Assembly (NCBI GenBank): GCA_021791415.1
Contig: JAJYWQ010000044.1
Span: forward strand, 12,401-76,400
DNA length: 64,000 nucleotides
Origin: a bacterium
GTDB taxonomy: Bacteria; Chloroflexota; Dormibacteria; Aeolococcales; Bog-877
Direction of reading: 5' to 3'
Positions 8,102-16,948 of this stretch are shown here, one piece after another. The stretch's first letter is position 1, and the number at the start of each line of letters is the position of its first letter. Under the pieces are notes generated by a model, which saw nothing but the letters and a program-made list of their open reading frames with translations, made no database searches and was not told where the DNA came from. The position numbers and the translations under genes were made by a program.

Positions 8102-9310
8102 TCAGAGGTTGAAGAGCCGGTTCACCGCCAGCAGCGCCTCGAAGAGGAGGAACAGCACCACGAAGAGGGCCGGGATCATAACCTCGGGGCGGCGCCAGGG
8201 CTCCCGACCCGGGGTCCGGTCGAGGAAGGGTACCAAGATCAGGAGGGTTGTCCCTATCCCCGGGACGATGAAGACCCCGACCGGGATCATCCAGGCCTGG
8301 GGGAACTGCACCAGCATCTGGTCGAGCGGAAGGAAGAACCACTCAGGGGTGGGGACGTAGTTGAGGGCGGCCGGGTTGGCGGCGCGCTCCAGGGGGGCGC
8401 CCACCACCACCGCCATGACGAAGATGAGCAGCACCAGCCCGAAGCTCACCACCGAGTCCTTGAACACCTGGGAGGGGAAGAACTCGTCGAGGTCCACCGG
8501 CACCGCGTATCCAGGGTCCGAGGGAATGGCCGGATAGGGGTACTCGACATGAGCCATCCGCCGCGCCCTCTCCTCCGCGGTCTCCTCCTCGACTCCCTCG
8601 TAGTTGACCCAGGACCCGTGCTCGCCGTGACGCCGGAGCAAGATCAGGTGCAGCCCGATGAGGGGAACCAGCAGGGCCGGCAGCAGCCAGATGTGGATGG
8701 CGAAGAAGCGTGTCAGGGTGGCCGGCCCCATCTGGGGCCCACCACGGAGGATCTCCTGCAGCTGGGTCCCGAAGATGGGGAAGTACTCGACGACATGGGT
8801 CACCACGGTCGCCGTCCAGTAGGCGGCCTGGTCCCAGGGCAGCATCGCCCCGGTGATCCCCAGCCCCAGGACCAGCAGGAACAGGACCACGCCGACTATC
8901 CAGTTGAGCTCTCGGGGCTTCTTGTAGGAGCCGCTCACGAAGGTGCGAACCATGTGCAGCCCGATGACCACGAACAGCACGTAGGCCCCCCAGAGGTGCA
9001 TCCCCCGGACGATGGCCCCGAACTCGTCGTGCCTCTCGGTGAAGTTGAGACTCTCCCAGGCCTCGGTGGTCGAGGGCACGTAGGTCCAGAGGAGGAACAT
9101 CCCGGTCACTATCTGGTTCACGATCAGGATCAGGGTCGCGCTGCCCAGGGAGTAGGCCCAGGCTCCTCGCCGGGGCACCGCCTCGTAGAGGAGCTGGTGG
9201 ACCAGGTCGGTGACCCCGAGGCGCTCGTCCACCCACCTGTAGGTGGTGGCCATCACCCCGGCGAAGGGCCGGCTCAGGCGACCTGCCAGACGGCTTCTCT
9301 CGGCGGCCAT
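8102..9310 (-). CDS. Cytochrome b (fused b6/subunit IV type) of a Rieske/b quinol oxidoreductase
   Basis: Conserved His pairs in TM helices and the PEWFFLP motif. 402 aa. Alternative start at MATTYRW (about 9253). Confidence 0.85.
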   Translation of the reverse strand: MAAERSRLAGRLSRPFAGVMATTYRWVDERLGVTDLVHQLLYEAVPRRGAWAYSLGSATLILIVNQIVTGMFLLWTYVPSTTEAWESLNFTERHDEFGAIVRGMHLWGAYVLFVVIGLHMVRTFVSGSYKKPRELNWIVGVVLFLLVLGLGITGAMLPWDQAAYWTATVVTHVVEYFPIFGTQLQEILRGGPQMGPATLTRFFAIHIWLLPALLVPLIGLHLILLRRHGEHGSWVNYEGVEEETAEERARRMAHVEYPYPAIPSDPGYAVPVDLDEFFPSQVFKDSVVSFGLVLLIFVMAVVVGAPLERAANPAALNYVPTPEWFFLPLDQMLVQFPQAWMIPVGVFIVPGIGTTLLILVPFLDRTPGREPWRRPEVMIPALFVVLFLLFEALLAVNRLFNL

Positions 9311-9313
9311 CCC

Positions 9314-9832
9314 CTACCCCTCCGTGAGCACGTTGCGGACGTACAGGGTGGTGCCCACCAGCTTGTGCTGGTAGCGGAAGAGCGGCTGCGGGGGAGGTCC
9401 CCCGATGTTGGTCCCGTCGATGCTGTAGAGGCCACCGTGGCAGGGGCAGAGGAAGACGTTGAGGTTGATGTCCCAGTGGACGTCACACTGCATGTGGGTG
9501 CAGACGTTGGACAGAGTGAGGAGCTGCACCTTGCCGTTCAGGTTGAGCTTGACCACGTAAACGGTGCGGGGAACCGGGGGCACCTGCCAGGCGTCCCCGC
9601 CCTGGTCCAACAGGACCACGTAGGCGGTGGGGACCCCGACCGGGACGTGCTGGATGTCGGCCACCATCACCCAGGGGTAGCGACCCTTGTAGAAGGCGGG
9701 GCTGAGGATCGATCCCACGATCGGGGCCCCGATGAGGAGGCCGATCCCCGCACCTGTCACCTGGATGCCCAGGGTCATGAACTTGCGCCGCGACATCCGG
9801 CGCTGTGAGATGGCCAACTCTTGGTCAGGCAC
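9314..9832 (-). CDS. Rieske [2Fe-2S] protein with twin-arginine signal
   Basis: CTHMQC...CPCHGG cluster ligands. SRRKFMTLG Tat motif. GTG start at 9832, alternative ATG about 9796. Confidence 0.85.
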   Translation of the reverse strand: MPDQELAISQRRMSRRKFMTLGIQVTGAGIGLLIGAPIVGSILSPAFYKGRYPWVMVADIQHVPVGVPTAYVVLLDQGGDAWQVPPVPRTVYVVKLNLNGKVQLLTLSNVCTHMQCDVHWDINLNVFLCPCHGGLYSIDGTNIGGPPPQPLFRYQHKLVGTTLYVRNVLTEG

Positions 9833-10058
9833 TTCCGCGCACCACCAGCAGGATCAAGAGGCTGAGGCAGAGGCCAAGGAAGAAGACGAAGGTGAAGAAG
9901 CTGGCGCCCACGGCCAGCCAGCCGGACATGGTGTCCCCGGCCAGGAAGAGCTGGCGGACCCGGCGCATGGCCATCCAGAACCCGGCCAGCATGACCACGA
10001 AGAAGGAGGTGATGATCAGCCCCAGGTACCAGGCCGACTCGAAGTCCTGGTAGTTCAT
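9825..10058 (-). CDS. Small two-TM membrane protein (77 aa), translationally coupled
   Basis: MNYQDFESAWYLGLIITSFFVVMLAGFWMAM...FFTFVFFLGLCLSLLILLVV. Its ATG overlaps the upstream gene stop (ATGA) and its stop overlaps the Rieske start. Confidence 0.5.
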   Translation of the reverse strand: MNYQDFESAWYLGLIITSFFVVMLAGFWMAMRRVRQLFLAGDTMSGWLAVGASFFTFVFFLGLCLSLLILLVVRGSA

Positions 10059-11401
10059 GGGAGGGTCCCCGGCGGAGCGTTGAAGTTCTGCGCCGACTGG
10101 TGCAGGGTGAGCAGGCAGGAGGCCTGGCCGGTGCCAGCGTCTATGCCGCAGGGGAGCTTGGCATTCTCCTTCACGACCCCCATGAAGATGGTGAGGGCCA
10201 GCGCCGCCACGGCCACCGCGCCCATGGCCCGCGGGACCAGGGGCGCGAGCGGGACTGCAGCTCCCCCCCGGCGCACCTCCACGAGGTAGCGGCCAAGGTT
10301 GATCGCGGTGGCGATGAACGCCACGAAGAGTGCCGTGTAGCGCAGCCACACGAGACCTGGAGGGAGGACGGCGGCGGGCAGCGCCGTGCCCGCCATCCCC
10401 AGCAGGGAGATCGCGGTCAACCCGGCGCCCGGCCCGGAGGATGGCCCCCGGTGCAACCAGAAGACGAGGTTCGCCCCCACCACCACCACCGCCAGAAGAC
10501 CCACCTGGCCGATGAACATGCTTCCCGAGTTGAAGACGAAGAGGTTGTCGAAGGCCCCGATAGAGCTGGTCTTGATCGCCTCGGCCAGAAGGAACCCGGA
10601 GATAGGCTGGGCCAGGAGGAAGATCGACCCGATGGCGAAGGTGACCCGGCTCGTCCAGGTGTGGTACTGGCGCTCCTCCTCGGTCTTGGCACGCCTCGCC
10701 CTCCAGACGGCGATCGCCGCCAGCACCAAAGCCGACCAGGAGAGGGTGGCCCCGGCGTAGTGCAGCAGCAGCCAGGGGTAGCTCGGGGAGTACATGGCGT
10801 GGGCCGCGCTGACCGCCGTCCCCGGGGTCAGGGCAAAGCTGTCCAGCTGGACGATCATGAAGAGGAAGAGGTACTGGATCAGGGCGAAGGTGAGCCCCAC
10901 CGCCAAGTGCAGCCTGGGCCCCAGTCGATCCCAGCCGTACACGTAGAGCAGCAGCAGGGGGATGCCCACGAAGAAGCTGGCGAAGGCGATGGTCAGGGGC
11001 AGCAGCAGGAGGTTGAGCAGGGTGCCGATCAGGCGGCCGTAGAGCCCGGTCAGCAGCACCACCGCGAAGACCGCCCAGGTGGCCCCGAAGCTGTACAGAT
11101 AGAGGACCGAGTGCGACAGCCCGCGGGCATAGCGAAGGCAGTTGGGGCTGGCCCCGGGGCGCCTCCCGGCCAGCTCCATGAAGGGGGCGATCCCGGCAGC
11201 CCCGAGGATGTAGCCCACGATGGCGATGTGGATGAGGAAGGTCGCCCCGATGGCGAATTCAGCCCCCAGGGTGCCCAGAGGCAACCGGGGTTGTGGGCTC
11301 GGGAAGGCAGACAGCAGCACTGGAACCCAATGCTGACGGGCTGAGGGGGCCGAAGGCAAGCCGGGAGCGGCGCGGCGATAATCGACAGGTGCCGGAGCCA
11401 T
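10055..11401 (-). CDS. Cytochrome bd-family subunit I (CydA-like) paralog 1
   Basis: YVYGWDRLGPRLHLAVGLTFAL matches the CydA GWDRLG region. Nine or more TM helices. Start uncertain: the 11401 ATG overlaps the holA start, alternative GTG about 11320. Confidence 0.7.
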   Translation of the reverse strand: MAPAPVDYRRAAPGLPSAPSARQHWVPVLLSAFPSPQPRLPLGTLGAEFAIGATFLIHIAIVGYILGAAGIAPFMELAGRRPGASPNCLRYARGLSHSVLYLYSFGATWAVFAVVLLTGLYGRLIGTLLNLLLLPLTIAFASFFVGIPLLLLYVYGWDRLGPRLHLAVGLTFALIQYLFLFMIVQLDSFALTPGTAVSAAHAMYSPSYPWLLLHYAGATLSWSALVLAAIAVWRARRAKTEEERQYHTWTSRVTFAIGSIFLLAQPISGFLLAEAIKTSSIGAFDNLFVFNSGSMFIGQVGLLAVVVVGANLVFWLHRGPSSGPGAGLTAISLLGMAGTALPAAVLPPGLVWLRYTALFVAFIATAINLGRYLVEVRRGGAAVPLAPLVPRAMGAVAVAALALTIFMGVVKENAKLPCGIDAGTGQASCLLTLHQSAQNFNAPPGTLP

Positions 11402-12339
11402 TGGTCCTACTCCACGGAGAGGACCGCTACCTGGTCACCGAGGCCGCGGCGTCCCTCCGCGATCAACTGGTGGCGGAGATGGGGTCCGAACTGGGGCTGG
11501 AGGAGTTCCGGGACCTCTCTGACGGGGACGCCATCGAGAGGAGCCTGGCCAGCCCCCCGTTCCTGGCGCTGCGCCGGGTGGTGGTCCTCTGGGACCCGCA
11601 GGTCGGGCCCCGCGGGTCGCGAGAGACCGAGGACCTACTCCGCGCGATCTCCCACCGGGCAGACACCACGGCGGTGATCGTCGTGGTGCGGGCCCTGGTT
11701 CCGGCCACCAACAACCTGCCTCGCGGCCTGCGCGAGCTCGGAGCGGAGGTGCGGCTGGTCCCGCGGCCCAAGGGCGCCGCGCTCCGGCATCACGTCGATC
11801 AGCGCGTGCGGGCCCACGGCCTCAACCTCGCCGCCCAACTATCGCCGAAGCTGGTGGAGATCGCCGCTGAGAGCCTGGGCCGGCTGGAGATGGAGCTGGA
11901 CAAGCTGGCGCTGTATCCCGACAGGGCCGGGGAGCCGGTCGGCGAGGAGGTGGGCTACCGGCTCCTGACCCCGGTGCCCCCGCGCGAGCTCTACCGGCTG
12001 ACAGATGCGATCTTCGAAGCGCCCAGCCGGGTGGGAAGCCTCCTCTCCGGGCTGCTTTCGCGCCCCGAGGTGCCCCCCCAACTGGTGATCGGTGCGCTGG
12101 CCAGGGCCCTCCGGGACCTCATCGCCGCGGCCGACGGCGGCTCCGGCGCCCTCCCGTCCTGGAAGGCCGAGCGGATGAGTCGCCAGTTGAGACGAGCCGG
12201 GGCACCGCGGCTGCGCCGCTGGCTGGTGGCCCTGGCCGACCTCGACTGGGAGATTCGCGTGGGTCGACTTGACGCCATCCAGGGGCTGGAGACGTTACTG
12301 GCCCACATGGCGGCGGAGCTGTCGCCCCGCGCCGGCTGA
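11389..12339 (+). CDS. holA: DNA polymerase III delta subunit
   Basis: PLVLLHGEDRYLVTEAA N-terminus. Conserved holA-rpsT neighbourhood. Confidence 0.6.
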   Translation: MPEPLVLLHGEDRYLVTEAAASLRDQLVAEMGSELGLEEFRDLSDGDAIERSLASPPFLALRRVVVLWDPQVGPRGSRETEDLLRAISHRADTTAVIVVVRALVPATNNLPRGLRELGAEVRLVPRPKGAALRHHVDQRVRAHGLNLAAQLSPKLVEIAAESLGRLEMELDKLALYPDRAGEPVGEEVGYRLLTPVPPRELYRLTDAIFEAPSRVGSLLSGLLSRPEVPPQLVIGALARALRDLIAAADGGSGALPSWKAERMSRQLRRAGAPRLRRWLVALADLDWEIRVGRLDAIQGLETLLAHMAAELSPRAG

Positions 12340-12341
12340 CC

Positions 12342-12764
12342 TCAGTCGCGCTCCGCTTCGGACCCCGCGCTGCGCCGGCTCCGCTGCGCCGTGCGCACCG
12401 TCTTGGTGACGGGCTTGGCCTTGCCTGCCGCAGTCTTCCGCTGCGAGGCGGTGGACTTGGACCTCGTGCCCTGCGCCGCGCCGCGCCGCGCGCCGCCCGC
12501 AGTCTGAACGGCGGTGGCCGCGGCCAGGGCACGCATCAGCCGCGACTTGCGCCGGGCCACATTGCGCGGGTGGAGCACCCCGTGCTCGGCCGCCTTGTCC
12601 AGCGCCGAGGTGGCGAGACGACCGAGCTCCGGCGCCTCCTCCCCGCCCACGGCGCGGCGAGCCTTGGCCACCGCTGTGCGCACCGCGGAGCGCACGGAGC
12701 GATTCCGATCGTGCTTGCGCTCGGCGGCGCGGACCCGCTTGCGAGCTGAACTGGTGTTGGCCAA
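12342..12764 (-). CDS. rpsT: 30S ribosomal protein S20 with a basic C-terminal extension
   Basis: MANTSSARKRVRAAERKHDRNRSVRSAVRT. TTG start. Confidence 0.85.
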   Translation of the reverse strand: MANTSSARKRVRAAERKHDRNRSVRSAVRTAVAKARRAVGGEEAPELGRLATSALDKAAEHGVLHPRNVARRKSRLMRALAAATAVQTAGGARRGAAQGTRSKSTASQRKTAAGKAKPVTKTVRTAQRSRRSAGSEAERD

Positions 12765-12858
12765 GGCTGTCCCCGTTTAGCGCCCCAGGGGGCGAACTGA
12801 ATCTAGCGCTCGACGCGCCCCGTGCCCGGCCAGTATACGGCAGCGGGGACTGGCGGAA

Positions 12859-13740
12859 GTGGCGGGTAAAGTAGGCCGGATGCTGGACGTCGCCCAGGCC
12901 CCCGCCAAGCTGAACCTGGCCCTGGAACTGGTGGGCCGGCGCGCCGACGGCTTTCACCTCCTGACCGCTGTCTCCCAGACCGTGGCCTGGAGCGACCTGG
13001 TGGCCGCCGAGCTGGACCGCGGTCAGAACACCCCCGGAGAGATCTCGGTGGCGGTCAGGGGGCCCTTCCGGGATGGGGTGCCTGAGGGGCCCGACAACAT
13101 AGTGGCCCGGGCCGCCGCCGCCCTCCACCGCCGCGGGGTGGGCCGCGAGGTGGTGTCGGTGGCGATCTGGAAGCGCATACCCACCAAGAGCGGCCTCGGC
13201 GGCGGGTCGGCCGACGCCGCGGCGGTGCTCCGGCTCGCCGCCGGCGACGACCTGGCCGCGCGTCTCGCCGACGTGGCCCTCGAGTGCGGCGCCGACGTGC
13301 CGTTCGCTCTCCGCGGCGGAGCGGCCCTCCTGGGCGGGGTGGGTGAGGTGCTCACTCCCCTCCCCCATCTGGCACCGACGGTGATCCTGGTGGCGGTGCT
13401 GGGGGCCGTGGAGACCGCCCGGGCTTACTCCTCGGTCCAGAGCGAGGAGATGACGGACGGAAGCCGGGCCGCGGCGGTGGCCCAGGCCCTGAGGAGAGGG
13501 GAGCTGCCATCCCCGGAACTCTTGGGCAGCGCCCTCGAGGCCGCCGCCCTGCGGGTGGCCCCCGAGCTGGAGCCGCGGCTCGAGCGGCTGCGCGCCGCCA
13601 CACCACATCTGAGCTGGGCGATGACCGGAAGCGGCGGGGCGTTCTTCGCGCTTGCCAAGCCCGCCGAGGCGGGGCCGGCGCTGGCCGCCTGCCGGGCCGC
13701 GCTGCCGGGCCTGCCGATTCGCGCCACGGCGCCGGCATGA
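12859..13740 (+). CDS. ispE: 4-diphosphocytidyl-2-C-methyl-D-erythritol kinase
   Basis: APAKLNLALELVGRRADGFHLL and KRIPTKSGLGGGSADAAAVL GHMP kinase motifs. Start GTG 12859 or ATG 12880. Confidence 0.8.
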   Translation: MAGKVGRMLDVAQAPAKLNLALELVGRRADGFHLLTAVSQTVAWSDLVAAELDRGQNTPGEISVAVRGPFRDGVPEGPDNIVARAAAALHRRGVGREVVSVAIWKRIPTKSGLGGGSADAAAVLRLAAGDDLAARLADVALECGADVPFALRGGAALLGGVGEVLTPLPHLAPTVILVAVLGAVETARAYSSVQSEEMTDGSRAAAVAQALRRGELPSPELLGSALEAAALRVAPELEPRLERLRAATPHLSWAMTGSGGAFFALAKPAEAGPALAACRAALPGLPIRATAPA

Positions 13741-15137
13741 GCTGGGCAGACCCCCGGACGAGGCTCGCGCTGCTGGCCGGGAAGGTCACCGCCTGGGCCT
13801 CGCGCGGGCTGAGGATGGGCGGGGGCACAACGCTCCCGGGCGATGTCGCCAGGGCGATCGATCCCCGGGTCCTGCGCAAGCTGGCAGCGTCTCCCAGGCG
13901 GGGCACCGTGCTGGTCACCGGGACCAACGGCAAGACCACCACCGCCGCCCTCCTGCGGCGGATGGCGACCGCGGCAGGGTGGCGCACGGGCGGGAACCAG
14001 AGCGGCTCGAACCTCATCTATGGGCTGACCGCCGCCGCCATCGCCCATGCCGATCTCCGGGGTCGGATGGATGTGGACTGGCTGGTACTCGAGGTCGACG
14101 AGCTGAGCGCGCTGGCGGCAGCAAGGGAGTTGCGGCCAGAGATTCTGGTGGTGCTGAACGCGTTCCGCGACCAGCTGGACCGGTCCTTCGAGGTGGACCA
14201 GGTAGCAGCTCGCCTGGGGGAGGCAGTCGCCGCGCTTCCCGAGACGGCGGTGGCCGTCCTCAACTCTGACGACCCACGCATAGCGGCCCTGGATGGGGCG
14301 GCCAGGACATCCCTCTTCGGGATCGAGGACCGGGAAGCGGACCGCGGAGGACTGCCGGAGTCTGCCGACCGTCCGGTCTGTCCCCGCTGTGGGACTTCGC
14401 TGCATTTCGACGCCGTCTACTACGGTCAGTGCGGGGACTATCGCTGTCCCGCCTGCGGCTGGTCGCGTCCCTCACCAGCGATGCGGGTGATCCGGGTCAT
14501 CGGCGCTGGCCTGGAGCATGTGGAGCTCACCCTGGCAGGCCCGGGCGGAGGTGTCGGGCCCGTGGAGGTCCCGCTGGCCGGTGCCCACAACGCCGCCAAC
14601 GTCGCGGCGGCGGCGGCGGCGGCGCTGGAGATGGGCGCCGATTGGGATCAGATCGAGCACGGGCTGCAGCAGTTCCGCCCCGCCTTCGGCAGGTCCCAGG
14701 TGGTGCGCTGGCGCCAGCGGCAGGTGCGCCTGCTTCTGGCCAAGAACCCGGCGGGAATGCAGGCCAGCCTGGAGGCGGTCCTCGGTGGAGACGCGGGCCC
14801 GGTGCTCGGGCTGGCCCTGAACGACGGGATCGCCGACGGCACCGACATCTCCTGGATCTGGGACGTGGAGTTCGAGAAGCTGGCCACGGTTGGGCCCCGC
14901 TGGATCGTACTGAGCGGCCGCCGGGCGGCAGAGCTGGCCCTGCGTCTCCGCTACGCCGGTCTGGCCGCGTCGCGGCTCTTGGTCCGCCCCGCCCCGGAGG
15001 AGGCCTTGGACGAGCTCGCGGAGAGGGCCGCACCGGGGACGGCGGCCCCGGCCCTCCTCACCTACACGGCGATGCTGGCCTGGCACCGGACAGTGGTCGG
15101 AGCCGGGGGAGCCAAGCCCTTCTGGACCGAGGGCTGA
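13737..15137 (+). CDS. murT: Lipid II isoglutaminyl synthase subunit MurT (Mur ligase family with Zn ribbon)
   Basis: VLVTGTNGKTTTAALL Mur-ligase P-loop. CPRCG...CPACG ribbon. ATGA overlap with ispE. Confidence 0.8.
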   Translation: MSWADPRTRLALLAGKVTAWASRGLRMGGGTTLPGDVARAIDPRVLRKLAASPRRGTVLVTGTNGKTTTAALLRRMATAAGWRTGGNQSGSNLIYGLTAAAIAHADLRGRMDVDWLVLEVDELSALAAARELRPEILVVLNAFRDQLDRSFEVDQVAARLGEAVAALPETAVAVLNSDDPRIAALDGAARTSLFGIEDREADRGGLPESADRPVCPRCGTSLHFDAVYYGQCGDYRCPACGWSRPSPAMRVIRVIGAGLEHVELTLAGPGGGVGPVEVPLAGAHNAANVAAAAAAALEMGADWDQIEHGLQQFRPAFGRSQVVRWRQRQVRLLLAKNPAGMQASLEAVLGGDAGPVLGLALNDGIADGTDISWIWDVEFEKLATVGPRWIVLSGRRAAELALRLRYAGLAASRLLVRPAPEEALDELAERAAPGTAAPALLTYTAMLAWHRTVVGAGGAKPFWTEG

Positions 15138-15952
15138 TGGCCGCCTCCAGTTCGCTGCGGCTGGGCGTGCTGTACCCCCGCGAGATGAACCTGTACGGCG
15201 ACCGCGGCAACGTCCTGGCCCTGGTCCGGCGCGCCGCGCTCCGAGGGGTGGAGTTGGAGGTCATGACCCTCGGCCTCGATGGAGGCCCTCCCCAGGAGAT
15301 CGAGGCATGCTCCGGCTTCCTTATCGGAGGCGGGCAGGACTTGGACCAGCTGGCCCTGGCCCATGATCTGGTGGCCCGAAAGGGACCGGCGCTCCGGGAG
15401 GCGGTGTCCGGAGGCGCCCCCCTCCTGGCCGTCTGCGCCGGCTACCAGCTCCTGGGCAAGCACTACCGGACGGCGACAGGGGATCTCATCCCCGGCCTGG
15501 GCATCCTCCCGCTGCGCACCGAGGCCGGCCCCCGCCGCCTGGTGGGCAACATCCTGGTCGCCGCCAACCCCGGACTCGGCCTGTCCAACCCCCTTCTCGT
15601 CGGCTTCGAGAACCATTCGGGACGGACCATGCTGGAACCAGGGTTGCAGCCCCTGGGGGAGGTGGTCCGGGGCGAGGGGAACGACGGAGACTCAGGTGCC
15701 GAGGGAGCGATTCTGGGGTCGGTGATCGGGACCTACCTGCATGGGCCCCTCCTGCCCAAGAATCCAGCCCTCGCCGACTGGTGGCTGTTCGCCGCCGCCG
15801 ACCGGACCGGTACGACCCTGGACAGATCCCACCTGGACGACTCCGCCGAGGAGGCCGCCCGCCGTGAGGCGATCCAGATCACTCTGCGTGGATCCCGGGC
15901 CCGGGGATACCGCCTCCTGGGACGGCGGGCACGAATCAGGCGAACTGGCTGA
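15137..15952 (+). CDS. gatD: Lipid II isoglutaminyl synthase glutaminase subunit GatD (CobB/CobQ-like GATase)
   Basis: MAASSSLRLGVLYPREMNLYGDRGN...LAVCAGYQLLG...GTYLHGP. TGATG overlap with murT. Confidence 0.8.
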   Translation: MAASSSLRLGVLYPREMNLYGDRGNVLALVRRAALRGVELEVMTLGLDGGPPQEIEACSGFLIGGGQDLDQLALAHDLVARKGPALREAVSGGAPLLAVCAGYQLLGKHYRTATGDLIPGLGILPLRTEAGPRRLVGNILVAANPGLGLSNPLLVGFENHSGRTMLEPGLQPLGEVVRGEGNDGDSGAEGAILGSVIGTYLHGPLLPKNPALADWWLFAAADRTGTTLDRSHLDDSAEEAARREAIQITLRGSRARGYRLLGRRARIRRTG

Positions 15953-16871
15953 GGGAGGACTGCGGCAGTTGAGGCGATCCGGGGAGGATCACCGCCGGCT
16001 TGGAGAGCGCGAAGTCGGCCCCGAAGTGGCTGAAGTCGACCACCATCTGCAGGGCCATGGCCGCGCTGCCGGTCACAGGCGGGGTGCCGCTGGGCGCCAG
16101 CATCGAGAGGGCACCCAGGTCCAGCGTGGCGGAGGAGGACGAGGTGAGGCGCTGGGGAAGATGGTTGGTGGTGGCCACCCATCCGTCCACGGTGGTGGAT
16201 CCAAAGTTGACCAACTGGGGAAGTATGGCGGCACCAGGGGTGGCTCCGGCGGACTTCCCCAGGCTTCCCGTGGCCCCTGCCAACGCAGAAGCGAGCGCCG
16301 AGCCCGGTATCTCGGCGCGCATGCGCTCGGTGGGCAATCCGTTCACAGACCCCCCGCTACCCAAGTCGGTGACCTTGGTGGCCGACCTGAGGCTCGCCAG
16401 GAGCTGCCGTAGCTGGGTCTGGAGCCCCGCCACGCCACCTGGCAGCGCAGCGGCGCCGGCCGACCCGAGCGCATACCACTGGGTTCCGTTGAGGCTCACG
16501 TATCCCGCGCCCCCGACCTCGAGGAGATGGACGGTGCCGGGAAAAAGTGCCGGAAGGCTGTAGGTCAGCTCCTCGGTCCCGCGTGACTGGTAGAGGACTT
16601 CACCGGTGACGGTCGAGCCGGAAAGCTTGGCCGCCTCCTGCTGCAGCTGCTGCAGGGTCGCCGGAGGCAATCCGGAAACTCCATGGAGGGAGAGGCTCAG
16701 GGTCGCTGAGTAGCCGGCCTGGAAGCTGGTGCCAAGGGCCGCCGTCCCGGAGGCGCCCAGGAGGTTGGCAGCCACCGCGGGGTCGCGATGGTGAGACACC
16801 GCCCCACAGCCGGCCAGGAGCACGGTCGCCACCGCCGCCGTGAGAACTCGGCGCCAGCTCATAGGCCGCAT
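15936..16871 (-). CDS. Secreted lipoprotein, function unknown
   Basis: Signal peptide with LLAGCGA lipobox. Ser/Thr/Gly/Ala-rich mature protein. Confidence 0.55.
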   Translation of the reverse strand: MRPMSWRRVLTAAVATVLLAGCGAVSHHRDPAVAANLLGASGTAALGTSFQAGYSATLSLSLHGVSGLPPATLQQLQQEAAKLSGSTVTGEVLYQSRGTEELTYSLPALFPGTVHLLEVGGAGYVSLNGTQWYALGSAGAAALPGGVAGLQTQLRQLLASLRSATKVTDLGSGGSVNGLPTERMRAEIPGSALASALAGATGSLGKSAGATPGAAILPQLVNFGSTTVDGWVATTNHLPQRLTSSSSATLDLGALSMLAPSGTPPVTGSAAMALQMVVDFSHFGADFALSKPAVILPGSPQLPQSSLSQFA

Positions 16872-16948
16872 CCTAGCCCATGGCCGTCGACAGCGCCGCG
16901 CGGCAAGCTGATCGTCACAGGCCAGCCCCGCCGTAGTAGCTTTGCAAG

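Noticed and set aside
6820-9808. Long plus-strand ORFs 6820..8112 and 8003..9808
   Set aside because: Asp/Gly/His/Glu-rich nonsense antisense to the CydA-like and cytochrome b genes, which have convincing TM helices and motifs.
10100-11344. 414 aa plus-strand ORF
   Set aside because: Antisense to the CydA-like gene. Composition dominated by Gly/Arg/Asp/His/Glu/Pro.
12295-14405. Minus-strand ORFs 12295..13608 and 13425..14405
   Set aside because: Antisense to ispE and murT, which have diagnostic motifs. The antisense translations are Arg/Gly/Pro-rich.
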